From NCBI GenBank assembly GCA_022813965.1, contig JALDZS010000032.1, forward strand, positions 62,001-126,000: a DNA stretch of 64,000 bases, given 5' to 3'. A program made the translations under genes and the position numbers. The DNA comes from Toensbergia leucococca. Lineage: Eukaryota. This document shows, piece after piece, positions 13,122 to 26,329 of the stretch (its first letter is position 1; every line of letters begins with the position of its first letter). The notes beneath the pieces were generated by a model, which was not told the origin of the DNA, searched no databases, and saw only the letters and a list, made by a program, of their open reading frames with translations.

Positions 13122-14165
13122 ATGTCCTGGCTTCGACGATTGTCTCGAGACCGATCATCCAAAGCTGATCGGGATTCGTCTATGGCTTACCGACCCTCCT
13201 CCTCCAATTACAACGACAACCACCAAGAACCCTTCAAAGACACCCAATATTCCAGCACACGTCAACATTCCCAAGACATGATGCAGTCTTATCGCGCCCC
13301 AGTAACCCAAGATCATCAATTGAGCTCTCCTCAGCGCCCTCCAGGAACTTCGAGTGATGCGACAATGCATACTGCTCCTTCCAACATGCCTGCACCGGAC
13401 CCACTGCAGCGAGCTTTCAACGACGCCATCAGACCATACCTTGACCAGATTGAAATCCTGAAAAATCAAATCGAAGACTCCAATGGTCAAATCCAGCAAC
13501 TCGAGGACGAGCGCGCCGACATGCATGCTTGGATTGACAAGAGAGGTCTGAGAGCTGGTAAGCCGTCTCTCTTCTCCTCTCCCGTCCCAAGCTAAATTGA
13601 CACCTGCGCAGATGTACCACCGAGTATCTCCCGAGCAATGAATAGCGATCCAATGGCGGCCCAGACCCTTAATCACCACCTCGATCGCAAAATGACAATA
13701 TTGAATAGCGATCTCCATCGCCTTCAAGATTCCCTTGTCTCCCCGCTACCCACAGCCACATTCGCAAACACTCTCACGACCCTCATACCCTCAATAGAAA
13801 ATCTTTCTGCCCTTCCTCATGGTCCTCAATTCGCCTTCGAATTACTCATCAAATTAGGTGGAAATATGAACTCGCATGGTGGCGAGGAAGGATGGAACAG
13901 CGAAGTTGATTCGAGAAGTAGAGCTGATTTCTATGCACGTTTGGATGAGTGCATGGTGGATGTGGTTCGCCAGCGACTGGGGCAAGGAAGCGACGAAGAT
14001 CCTCCTTGGGATATCAAGAGAGATGTTAAGAGACTGGAAAAGACAGGAGGATTCTTACGAAGCCAACTAGGCTTACAAGCTTACTTCCCCAGGAGTTTAG
14101 ATCTCATGCGGTACGATGTCAAGAGAGGAGACGGCCAGTCTGGAAGGGTTCAACGGTCTCCTTGA
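13122..14165 (+). CDS. Hypothetical protein (low-complexity N-terminus, coiled coil, helical C-domain)
   Basis: ORFs 13122 and 13638 join in frame through canonical intron 13558-13611. Confidence 0.85.
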
Positions 14166-17100
14166 TATGACTAAATCGGGGCTTGGTAGGACATAGGTAT
14201 GGTGGGGTCGACGAATATGGCGTTGACACATGAGAGAGCTTTTGAGCTCTTGGAATCTAACGACGATGATGACGACGATGAAAGGGCCCAATGTGGGTTA
14301 GAGCCTGAATTCTTCTTTCGTTACTCTAGTTTAATTTCGTACGTGGCGGCACTTGGAAAAAAGTGGTTCACATCTTGCACATTTTAGGGAAGACATAATA
14401 CTAGGGGCTCGGTATCAATCCACAAGCCTTCTGTCCTAGTACTTGCTCCTTTTTCTCCCCTTCACCGTTCCCCTTCACCATCGTTATCATTCTGTTCGGG
14501 GTCGTGAAGTTTGAATCACTCCCTTTTAAGCGTGAAGTATGTCTTCAAGTTGGCCCGTAATGCTCATTCTCAACTATTTAACAAGAGGGTCTCCCCCTTC
14601 GTCTCTGAAATATTGTGCTTGTGATATGTCTTTACATTCTTTGGCCTTCTTCGTTCATTGCTTCCATTTGGACAAGAATAGACTGTCTCTACCACAGCTC
14701 TACCGTGCATTGCTGGTGTGTTGGTAAACAATCGCCAGCGCCGAGCCAACGCCGAGACCTTCCATCTGATTCCGGCTCATTTCGTTTCTGTTGACCCTGC
14801 ACTTCCATCTTTCACCTCTACCCAATTCTCTCATCATCTTACACGTCCACAAGTGACTGGGTTAACGTCATTGGACTCACTCTCACTCTCTCAGAGCAAT
14901 AGCTTAGACAACCCAACCGGGGAATGTGATTGCTTGTGAGTTACCAAACCTTCCCGCTACTATTCGTCTACTGTCAGTGACATCCACCTCAGCACAACAT
15001 ATGTTTTAGCCACCTCACCAGTCACTCTTGTGCAGCATAACCACTTATATACCTCGTGGCAATAGTCATGCATGAAGGTACGAAAAGCCCACCTCTTGAC
15101 TAGCAAGTCACCGTCACAGGCTCACCAAAATGGTGAATCGCCGTCCCATACTTGCCCTACCGAGAAATCGCTACCACGTTTTGTTTTTCAACACACCTGG
15201 TCGAGGCTCTTATTGCTCATAACTTAGTTAAGAAGCTTTCACTGACTTATGTTTGTCAAGGGTACCATGGACAGAAACACACGGTTTGCATTCAAAACCC
15301 CAAGTTGATTCAAGCTGATCACCTCATACTTACTAATTGCAAGGTGAACCAAAAGCTTGACGTGATCTTCTCTCGCTGTGAGTTTCTCGTCCACTTTAGA
15401 ACTTCTTACTTCGGAAAGCCCATCATCACTATCTTTCTCGTTCATGCCTTCATTTCAAGGTCGACCTTGGCGAGTTGGTCTTCTGCCTCCTTGTCTAGCT
15501 TCAGTGACTACTATTTCTCTGTGGCGTGATCAGATTCCTTCACCTTCTAAAGCATGGATCAGAACATCCCAAAGCACGAACCCCTTCTTAGCACTGTTTG
15601 CCTACAAGACGACTTTGAACTCATCACTAATGTGTTGAATTTCTTCACCAGATTCTTTGTTGGTGAGGCTGTGAGATGCCTCCAACGAGAAGAGATTGTC
15701 CTCCCAGGGAATCTCCAAGAGGACCTTTCTTGTGGTGCGAGTCATCCTGCAAGGTGCCAAAAGGCGAGTCTTTCTTTTTCAGGACGTTGCTTACTTATCT
15801 CGTAGATACGAAGATTTTTTTCAAAACACCCAGCCTGAGGTTCGTATGCGTCCTCTTGAAATTTCTTCCCAGCTAAAAGATGAACATTAGGTTTACTCTC
15901 TTCTTCCTCTACTACAGTTTCCCTTCTCAAAGGAATAACCTACATATATCGACGAAGCAGATGTCACAACAACATAAAGTTTAGGAAAGCAGAAGGTTAA
16001 TCCAACTAGGCTAAAATTAAGACCTAAAGCATGAAGCTGACAGTACTAAAGACAAGTCTAATGAAGCGGCCATTATTGAATTCGAGGATGTTCTCGTCAA
16101 CAACATCGACGCTAGATGATGCAAAGCTCAGGTCATCAAATAAGAGAAGCTTCATGCTGACAGTACCATGGATAAGAAGTTTGAGCCTATTATATCAAGG
16201 TCGAGAAATATCCTGCCAATAATGTTGTATTGAAAACCAACCAAGCTAACAACCAAGCAGACAAGAAGGACTTTCTACAAAAATTCCACTCGGTCATACC
16301 TTACTAATAGATACAAGTAAACCTTGGTGTGAAAGTGCCTACGAAATGGAGAGCGAAATACGTCCGTCATTCGCAAGCAAACAGTCTTTGCCCAACTTTT
16401 AAGCCCACACAATATTCTAAGTGAGGGCTGGTCGAAACATAGGATGGAAAATTACCGCTGGGGCCTCATCTTCGCTATCCTAGTAGGGTTCAATGCCGCT
16501 TTGACTAAGAGGAGGCAGGCCGGATAGGACTCCTGTCTGCTCCTTCTCAGCAAAAAGACCTCCTGTTCGACGAATTACCTTTCTCTACCCTCGGACACAT
16601 TCCTGCTTGTGCCATCTTCTAAAGCTGGAGGCCAAACCCCACTGGAAGGGCCAAGTGCTGACGACATATGGGCTGCGAGTACATCGCCGCTGGTGAGCTT
16701 GAAAGACGCATAAGTATTTCATATCTGCGGCTCAAGAGCAACTAAGAAGGAGCGAGGATTTGAAAGGTAAACACAACCAGGGGGCTGAAAGAACTGAAAG
16801 CAAACACCATCATCGCCAAAAGGTCCATGTAGCCCGGAGCCAAGCGGCAGAAAAAGCGCGGAATATGTGACTGCGGAAAGAAGGCAGATGAGGAAGCTTT
16901 CGTCATATGTAGCTGGTGTAAAAGACCAGAGTGTTGCCATGAAGGGATTCGAGGCTGATAGTCGCCAATCACTTGAGCGAAATAAATTCGATGTCAGTGC
17001 CCTCCACATAGACAGCTCTCACTAAATAGCAGGAACGAGGAAAGTTGAATAAATGCTGCCTGATAAATCAACAATCGCGGTATACAACATTTCGAACTCT

Positions 17101-18125
17101 ACATCAGCCACTCGAACTCTGCGAAGAGGAAGCAGCCCAAACAATATAGGAATAAGAAGACCGGCAAGGAAAAGCACATCTAGTGCAATGTTCCACCTTT
17201 CAGAACATATGCCTAACGATCGGCCACGTTTGGCACTCTCCGACCAAAGAAAATCAACAGATATAGCTACAACTTTGTCAGGCGGGGACGTAATCTTGTC
17301 ACCCCTGCGCAGAGAGACCAGCGCCGGCGTGCAGCAACTTCATCCATGTGATGACGGCAGAACAGTATAAGGTCACAAAACATACAGCGACCCACCTGAT
17401 AATGATGAAAGCTCAACAACTCTGACGCCTATATCGAGCTACTGGGGTATATCCGGTGGTGTGAAATCAGTATTTTTCGTCCACAGCGCCTGCCCTCTTC
17501 TTCTTACTCGGACGTTTTGCAAGGCCCGAATACATCTAGCTCTTACGAGAGGAGCCTTTGATTCGAAATATAATGTCAATCGAAGCGAAAAATTTACCCA
17601 ACGGCCAGCGGAAGAGAAGTGCCCTTATCAGGCTCTTGTGGCTAGTAGTTGTGGGTGAAGAAGACCAGGACCCGATCTTTGGAAGTGCTCTCTAAATACA
17701 CCTCTATCGGTACTGCAAAGACACAATCCGAGAACAATGGCTACATTGATACTCGGTGTCGATCTACCTGCTAATGCGCCTCTTGTTTTCTTCTATGGAA
17801 ACGACTATCGCTACTGCTTCTCTAAGTCAGACTCCTGGGTGGATGGGATCCATGTTCTTTCGATGCATTGAATACTTTGACCGTGCGTTCTGTCTTTTTC
17901 AAGACTCGCTCTACGACCTTCATGTGGGTAGTCTCCAACTTATACCGGCAATACGACAGCAATGCATGACATCTCCTCGAACGCTGCTAGCTTTTGACAG
18001 GCGTATGGATGTGCAGTGTCATCGAGTAAAGTAAGGACGACGACGTGAGGTCTCCATTTCTTGAAGAAAGGAGGCATAATCTGTGCTTGCTGGAAGAGTC
18101 GATCATGGCTGGAATTTTGAATTGT

Positions 18126-18287
18126 CTCCGCGCAGACAAGAAGGCCCTTCACAAAGAGAAGGGGGCCCTCGGCAGAGACAAGGAAGCCCTCCGCGGAGGC
18201 AAGGAGGCCATCCGCGCAGACAATGAGGTCCTCCACGCGGAGAAAGAGACACTCCGCAAAGAGAAGGAGACCCTTGGCAGAAGTTGA
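18126..18287 (+). repeat. 21-nt tandem repeat x7 encoding heptads
   Basis: LRADKKA LHKEKGA LGRDKEA LRGGKEA IRADNEV LHAEKET LRKEKET. Confidence 0.9.
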
Positions 18288-19048
18288 AGAGGTTGTTGTG
18301 TACATTCAATACTACTGGAAGGGAAAAACTTCAGTGGACCACCTCGATTTATCCGTGTCCAGTAGCAACAGCCACACTAACGGTCAATGATATGGCTTCA
18401 ACTCTTCCATGGCTAATGCAACTCAACTACCATTACGAGCCCAGAACTTGAAAAATGAGAAGCTTTCAGTTGGTTTCTGCTGTATTTGAGATTTCTCTCA
18501 AGACTCCGAAATTTTCCTGGAGCAAAGGGAGCCCGACGGAAGGTGCCCGATTTGCCAGGAGGACCATATCCATCTCCGAGAAGCAAAAGCCAACCATAGC
18601 ATTCAACCTGCATCAACATACCTGCATCGACATACCTGCATTGACAAACCATGAAAGCGAAAGAGTTTTCGCCTCCTTTTCGCAAGAGTATCTTTTCTTC
18701 CACAACTATAACCATAACTCCTCTGCCTGGGCTCGCCTAGATTTTTCCATGATCACTTCCAAAAAAAAAACAACTCACATTTCCGACTCGATTTATTTGC
18801 AACAAATGAACCCTTCTTCGGAAACATACTAGAATGGGTGGGCCGTCTAGTATACGTATATCAGACATTTCAAGCCACTGGAGGGTACATCTAGTATATG
18901 CAATTAAAAACAATTAAAACCTTGCAGTCTTGCACCACCGCCAGAAGAGAATTTATTCATTGTATCGTATTTAAACGAGCTGCCTTCAGTCTTTGTTGAA
19001 GGAGAGGCGGAGTCCCCCAAGTTGATCGACGTTGGAAAAGTCTTCTAA

Positions 19049-19294
19049 ATGTTAAAAACTTTTGAGAATAAGAAAGACCTAGCCACTGAACATCTGATAA
19101 AGCGGCAGGGCTCAATTTCACGTGTGGGGCAAACTTCAAAGAACCAGGCGATACCAGCGAGCTGCTTTTCAGCAGTACGAACAAGAGAACCGGAACCTGT
19201 TCACCAGTTCCTCACTCATCAGTCGCGGTACAAGGCTCCCAGGGCGAAACGTGGTCGCGGACGCCCACGAAAGTCGCTGGTGATGTCTGAATAG
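19049..19294 (+). pseudogene. Remnant containing an AT-hook motif
   Basis: KRGRGRPRK within a short ORF; flanking frame interrupted by stops. Confidence 0.35.
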
Positions 19295-20375
19295 AACGAG
19301 GAGCGAAGAAGGTAATCGCAACCATCTGAGCAATGGGCACTTGCTTCTATTGATCTGCTGCAAGAGAAGCCAAGCCGCAAAGATGGTAAAACAGTCTCTT
19401 TAATTAGGCCAGCAGCTTTTCCCGAACTCAGCTTCATGGAGTAATCCCTCCTGAAAAAGAATCGGATAGTAAAACACGTTTGAAAGGTTGATTGTTCAAA
19501 AGGTGTATTGTGGGATTTCGGTGACGAGCGGTAAAAGATGGGGCGGAGATGTTGAGATTCGCTCACTGACCTTACACACATCGATATCATGCTCACCGAC
19601 GACAATTAAATCCTACACGGATGCAAAGTCGATGACAATCTCTTCAGATAGAGGACAGTACTCGATTAGAACGGACCACAAGCGGAGAGACGCTTGGGTG
19701 TAAGCTTTAGTCACAGGTAGCAACCATGCCAGCAAACATCCATCGAAAGGACCCCAGCTACTTCTATCAACCTCACATATCCCATCCTTGGATTCAAGGA
19801 ACCCCCTCACGCGACGAGTACGACTTAGATTCAAAGAGACGGCCGAAATATTTGATGTTGAAAGCGAGATCAATTCGCAGGTGTTATAGCACATTCTCCG
19901 AAAGTGTCAACTCCTTGACTTCGGGGTTGAAAGTGCTGCGAAGAAGCCTGAAAAAGTAACAAGCATCTGACAGGAGAAGTATGAGAGACATTCAAACAGC
20001 TACGACTGGATCGCAAAGCGACGATTTCTGGTGAGAAGTTTCTGATATGAGGGTTGACAGTTCAAGTTTTCCGCTTTCAAAGGAACATCAATGCACAGAG
20101 GTTGCGAGGTAGAGACTGCAGAGGGAATGGCGGTTGAAGATACCGCGTAAGGATCTTGGAATGCTGAATATTCTCCCTGGCATCATCACCGTCACTCAAC
20201 GCAAGGTGAAGCGGGAGTGTGAACGCCAGGCACAGTCGCAAGCTGTCAACATTGAGAATTCTCACCTCGAAGCAATTGCAAATCATAATGAAAGCGCCGC
20301 CTTCTTTGAGGAAGAGTGCTGTCAAGAGTTTAATGGATTGAAATGTGCTTTTTCCTTCTATAGCAAATTTGTCAA

Positions 20376-20681
20376 GTGAAATTCAAGCAGAGAAATGAGT
20401 CACCTAATCATCCTGCTAGAACTATTGAGAAATCAACCAGTCATCCTGATAAAACTATTGAAGAGCATCACTCTCACCGTCAAAATGAAGAAGGAGAAGG
20501 TCAGATTCAGGACCTTCACAATATCATACTGACCTTATGTGGCGAGGTAAGTCCTTGCACTTCCCTTATGCTTTTCTGATTTTATTGACGAGTTTTGCAG
20601 GAACATCAAGAGTCTATCATAGCTCATTCAGTCAGTCCTGCTGAGCCCTTGCTTCAACCTCTTTGTCTAAACAAGAAATAG
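20376..20681 (+). pseudogene. Truncated paralog of the 23-24 kb Cys-rich gene
   Basis: QIQDLHNIILTLCGE|intron 20547-20600|EHQESIIAHSVSPAEPLLQPLCL aligns with 23560-23730, including the intron. Confidence 0.65.
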
Positions 20682-22974
20682 TTGAGGCTGTCTGCCAAGC
20701 ATTCAATCGCTCTTACTACCAAAGTAGAGAAGACGATGATAGTACAGATCAACAAAGGGATGCCATATGACAAAGGTACTCGGACTACATGGCATTCCCT
20801 TGAAAACAAAATGTGAACAAAGCCGCACCGGAGTCGAAGCTGCGCTGGATGAGATTCAAGAACCTGACGATTTCTTCCCTATCAGCTCACCACAGCAAAA
20901 ACAATACAATAGGTACGAGATATCCAATATACACCAAAATCCAAAAGGCAAAAGAAAGAGCAAAAACTCAGCCGATATAAAAAAATAAACCTGACAGCCA
21001 TCAACACCACCCGCAAAAGCCCAGAAAGAAGCCGCAAGATATGTGTGCTTCACTACACCTACCTTTCCGGCATGAAGAGCACAGCAAAAGCACAGCCACC
21101 AAACCCTCTTGGACAACATATCGGACTGCGTTGTTCGCGGCTCTTCACAATCTCTGAATCCGGCTGGCGCTCGAGAACAACGAAGAAAGAAACTTGGACT
21201 CGAGCCTAGGTGCGGAAGGAGCAGGGTGAGGAATAGAAGAGAGGAAGGCGTTGGAAAGATGATTTCCAACTCGAACGCAGTATTTCAGAATTGCGGCCTT
21301 TGAGTGCCTGTGACGACAGAACGTTGCAGAATAGGCGGGCGAGCAACTTTCCGTTCCCGACCTCCGCCCCGGACATGACCCTTTTGTCTCTTTCTCCTCT
21401 TCAAGGTCTGACGTTGTATCATTAGTGAGCATTTACTATGGCAGAAACTTGATTTGCAAATTGGCTGACTGTGTCCTAGCTATATGATAATTATCATCAT
21501 TATATCTGCATTCGTATGTACTCATCGTATCTGATCCCCGCCTGCTTAGAGAAAGTAATTGACTTTTCTATGTAGCAAGCGATCCAACACACTGCCTCAG
21601 ACCGCCTCGGCTTAATTTCCAGCTCTTCTCAAGCTGAAATACTTTCACCTCTTAACTTCAAAATATGTCAAACGCTTGAAAACCCATCTCCCCGTCAATG
21701 CGAGGGGCAGTCTTTGAGTGCCTCCTCATGATCATCCGTCTAGTCCGTCCTGATTGACGCCGTCAGCTAGTTCTAGTTGGCGGCGCTGCCAGCATTGCTC
21801 ACTTCTCAGTTCTCACAACTTTCAACGGAGGATGTGAATTTTGCGGCGCCTTCCACCCTTTTCATTGACCTCTGAGAGGTAGTCAGAGGCGGCGCTCAAG
21901 GCTTTAGACATCATTGAGATCAGCATGAGATGCATTGACTGAATCTACATAGTGAAACCCTTTTTAAAGAGATTCATTGCGTTCAAGTCAGACCTGCTGA
22001 GGCTATGAGCTGTGACGGTGATTGACTGAGGAAAAGATGAGAAAATTGCCGACTTTCAGTGACTGTTGTCAGAGGTGGTGAAAGCGACTGAAGTCCAACG
22101 TAGCTTGGATTAGGAAGAGCTGGAGGTCATGACCCGAGCTGAACACACCATTGACGGCGGAGGCAAAAAAAGGCGTTAAATTGGCGGAGAGATAGGTGAA
22201 GAGGGAATGTGTCCGGATGAACAAGCAAATAGGGAGGAAGATGAGTCAGGTTTCCCTCAGTGAATCGTCCACGACCCTCCCTCAGCGTCCCCAAAGAAGG
22301 CAAGCAGCTCTTCAAAGAAGGGGGTTAAATCGGTGAAGGCAACCACGACGGTCATGGACGCCGCCAGGAATCAAGAACCCCATGAGCACGGCCAGACACT
22401 TATCCGGGCGTCCAAGACGGCGGAGTTAGGTGGCGTGCCGGAACAATTGCTTCTTACTTGGAATGGCCCAGATTTGGAATTCCAGCGAGGCATTGAGGAG
22501 CCTACAGCCGCTTTCACCATGAATACCTTCCTCCAGAGTCTGAATAAACGAAAACATTAGTGGTGGGCGTACGCGGCTCGCCACCGAAATCCCAGGCCAG
22601 CAAGTCAATCGTCCAAATCGTCCGAACGATAATCGACAATTGGGAACGTCGCAATATGGTCAGTACGGAAACTGCGGTGGTTACCAGTCTTATAGTTCAA
22701 ATCGTTTTCCTCTTACCGGGATGTGAAACCGTTTCATCAGACAATGGCCAATGGGCGTTGATGTATTGTCATTGAGTTGAACCCCAAAGGTCCCGGCGCT
22801 GACATCAAGACGTTAATTGCGGCCTGAAGCAATATTAAGCAGGAAGCATTCCCGGAAAAATCACTACCAACTTTTGAGCTGATTGATTCTTTTGCTGCTT
22901 CACATTCTCATACTTTTGTCTCACATTTAAAAACTCAATTCATTGAATCCTCTATAAGGTTCGGAAGAGGAGGC

Positions 22975-24160
22975 ATGGCGGGCAGACGGGGTGACCCTCA
23001 CCGTGGATGGGTCTAATGACTCTCGCTGGCTCTGCACCTTCAACCGATGGACACTTAGATCTTCATCGTGAAGGATACGTCGGCAGCAACGTCGGAACAA
23101 GTCATCCCGAGTCTTATGAAAACAAAACGCGGCACAGAAATCTGAACAATGCAGCGCTCCCTTCGAGGAACCAGGGGTTTTTATATGGGGTGCGTCCAAC
23201 GCCACGAAGAAAAGCCCAGGCACAGTTCCATACTGACTTCTACACACCACAACACCTGCCATTTCACGCGTCCCGCCACCACGGCGGAGGTGGGTTTAAC
23301 TCACTGCGCGGATTGGTAAAGCCGTCAGTCGAGAAGGTTCCTGGACTAAAGCTCGAAAAACAAAACGGTACATCCAGGAACCCTGGATATCACATTAAGG
23401 TTGTCAAAGAAGCATCACCTCATCCTATGTTTATCGCTAGCGAACTACCTCAACGGCACCATCAACCCAGCGAGGACTGACTTGCACAAGTGCTTCATGC
23501 CCCTCATGAATCAGGAAATCGAGGAGTCGGTGAACTGAACCGCGATCCTGTTGTTCGCAGTCAAGTACAAGAGCTGCGTAGTGCGATAGAATCCCTAAGA
23601 GGGAACGTAAGTGCCTGCGCTTTCCTTGTGCCTTTCTGGCTTTACTAATGCGCTTGCAGGATCATCAGGAACTCATAGCAGCGCGGTCTGCTGGGCCACC
23701 TGAACCGTTGCAGGAGCCATTATGCCTGAGATGTGCGAAGAGTCTCGATATGATCATTGAACCCTGCAACAAGCACAGTTATACTAAATAGTTGTGTAAA
23801 TGGCAGAAAATTCTGCGAAGCCGTAAGTGAAACACCCCGGGAAAGCCATCCACTCTCTAACTGAGCAATAGATCCCCAATGCATTCATACCGGATGCAAA
23901 TTATCTACCTAGAATCCGTGCACGATGGCTAAACGCCGCAATAGGCTCGGAAGAGGAGTCCGATGCCCAGCAAGAGCTGGTGGAAGGAGTCCGGGTGTTT
24001 ACTAGAGTCATACAAGCATATCTTGTTGACCGAGCCAGATTTGGTGGCCACAAGCGGCCAGCCAGTCGTGTAGAGATCGGTCTGCTACAGCGGGAAGAAA
24101 TGCGAAAAGCACGGGAGGTACAGGAGCATCTTGTAGACACCCTGCGCTGGAATGTGAGTC
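22975..24160 (+). pseudogene. Spliced pseudogene with CxxC Cys-rich (putative zinc-binding) motif
   Basis: Introns 23607-23659 and ~23823-23871. PLCLRCAKSLDMIIEPCNKHSYTK*LCKW, then an open exon IPNAFIPDANYL...HLVDTLRWN followed by a GTGAGT donor. Internal stops and an apparent frameshift. Confidence 0.6.
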
Positions 24161-24409
24161 CTATATAAAAAATGAGCAGATCACCGAGTAATTCAAAAGC
24201 CCGAAGCGCCCATCATCACAGAAGTCCGAATCGTGATGAGCGTATTTTTGAAGACGGCCTGAAATATCCAAGCACCAGAAGCAATAGCCAAGATGGAAAC
24301 ATACGCACACCCGAACAAATGAACAATACCAGTATGAAAAAGAGTAAATCACATCATCGAGTCATTTGAAAGCCTGAAGTGTCAACGATTACAATATGGC
24401 ATTTCCTTG

Positions 24410-25520
24410 ATAAGCGTTTTCTACCGCTCGAAGAAGTCTGCGAAAGGAGAAAAACGAGCCAGTGTTAGTTGTCAAATCAGCGGACTAGAAATCCTTGCAA
24501 GAGCGAAAAGCAGGTAATTTGTTTACATCTCGCAGTGAATTTATAAAGAAAAGGCGAACATTTCCACCGACTTTGCAACCTGACGGCCACTGCAATTCCG
24601 GACTGACTACTAGAATCGAGTGTGGCTACAAGCCGTTCGAAAAGACTGAAAGCGCCAACTGCATACTTTGCAAGAGCGAAAAGCATAAGGCTTGGCTGCA
24701 ACTCACAGTAAAGTTATAAAGAAGACGTGGACATACCACCGAATTCCAATCTGACATCCACCGCGATGCCGGACTGACCACCAAAATCGAGTGTGGTTAC
24801 AAGTCGTTCGGAAAGACCGAAAGTACCAACCATTACAAGGTGGCAGTTCCTAAGAGGCGTCTTCTACCGCCCAAACAAGTCTGCGAAAGAAAAAGAGCGA
24901 CTCAGTGTTGATTTTCAGACAAGGATATCCAATAATGAGCCTGAAGAGGTCAGAATATCTCACGGTAATGCGCGAGAAAAAGGAATCATCGCTACAAGCG
25001 GCACTTGCGTGCTCGTGGGGATACGATCTCCTCATCATCGCCATCATCAGGTCGTATAAACCAGGTGGAACAGACAAATCGTTGCTCTCATTGCAATCTG
25101 GACCGGCCTCTTCAACACTATCTGCCCTCTCCTCATCACTTTCTCCCCACGCCACCTGAATCACAGGCTCCTTTCTATATCACTCCTGCCTTGTGTCAGA
25201 ACTGTGGCATATCAGCAACAGTGCCCGTGCTTCAAATCGGTCTCTGCGGACTAAGATTTCCTTTGCAAGAGCGAAAAGCATGTAACTTGGTTGCAACTTG
25301 TGGTGAATACATAAAGAAGAGGTGAACATACCGCCGAGTTTGCAATCTGGCATTCGCCGCGATGCCGGACTGACCACCAATGTCGAGTGTGATTACAAGT
25401 CGTTCCGAAAGACCGAAAGTGCCAACCATCCCAAAGTCCCGAATCTTGACTAGTATCTTCTACCGCCCGGTTAAGGTTGAAAGTAAGACAAAAGCAATCC
25501 AGGACTAGTTTCCAACCGAG
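24410..25520. repeat. Three diverged copies of a ~170-260 bp unit
   Basis: TTGCAAGAGCGAAAAGCA at 24495, 24668 and 25263, each followed by CCGGACTGAC...TCGAGTGTG...ACAAG...AAAGAC...CCAAC. Confidence 0.9.
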
Positions 25521-26329
25521 GATTTTCTGCTACTCACTAGAAAAAACGCCAACTTTAAATTCTTCAGCCGCCGATATTTTAACCCGTTTTCTGGAGGCCT
25601 TTCGGTCCAATGCCGAGGCCACGGAAGCATGGAATTTTTGGATAGTTCGATGCTAATCGATCTGTAATATATGATGGCGAGCACTCCTCTGATGGTGGAA
25701 ACTTGGATTGGGATTGTATACCCGAGATTTGAAGAAACCCAGGTTTTGCGTCGTAAGAGAGACGACGACGGAGTAGTGACTTGGGACCGTTTTGACTAAG
25801 ATGTGCTCAGTGAGTGTTGGAGGGTATAAAAAGGGGAATAGCTGGAATTGGGAGAAGTAGGAAACTAAAGCAGAAGAGGGAAGCAGAGACCAAAACAGGA
25901 GAGACTGGAAATGGTAAAACCGCAAGACGGAATGGGCGAAGACATACATTAGTATTTGCCCACACTGACTATTACCCTCACATGTGCAAGGGGAGTGGCT
26001 ACTTATAGTGTTGTATTCATAGCTTCAGAGCCAAATCATGGCGGATTATTTCAATAACTCATCAAATTTAGTCCCATCATCACATTTACTTCTTCCCCCA
26101 AATTGTCACTCGTGATATTTTGAGCTCAAGGCAAAGCCTCATTGTGCACCATCGACTCCATTAGCTTTGAATCATCTTCAAAGCCGTCAATCATCTCGCA
26201 TGAAGCTTTGTTGTCAGATCTGCAGACATCACCGTCTGGTCCAGTGCTTCATGCTTTTTATAATCACACTCATCATGCATGAATGCTCCCATCAGCTACC
26301 AGCCAATCTCTGTGCGATCATGACGCCGG

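Noticed and set aside
14495..14525. tRNA T-arm-like string GGGGTCGTGAAGTTTGAATCACTCCC
   Set aside because: No cloverleaf or A-box could be built
21841..22560. Long plus-strand pseudogene frame
   Set aside because: It reads protein-like, but eight internal stops in ~240 codons is close to random expectation
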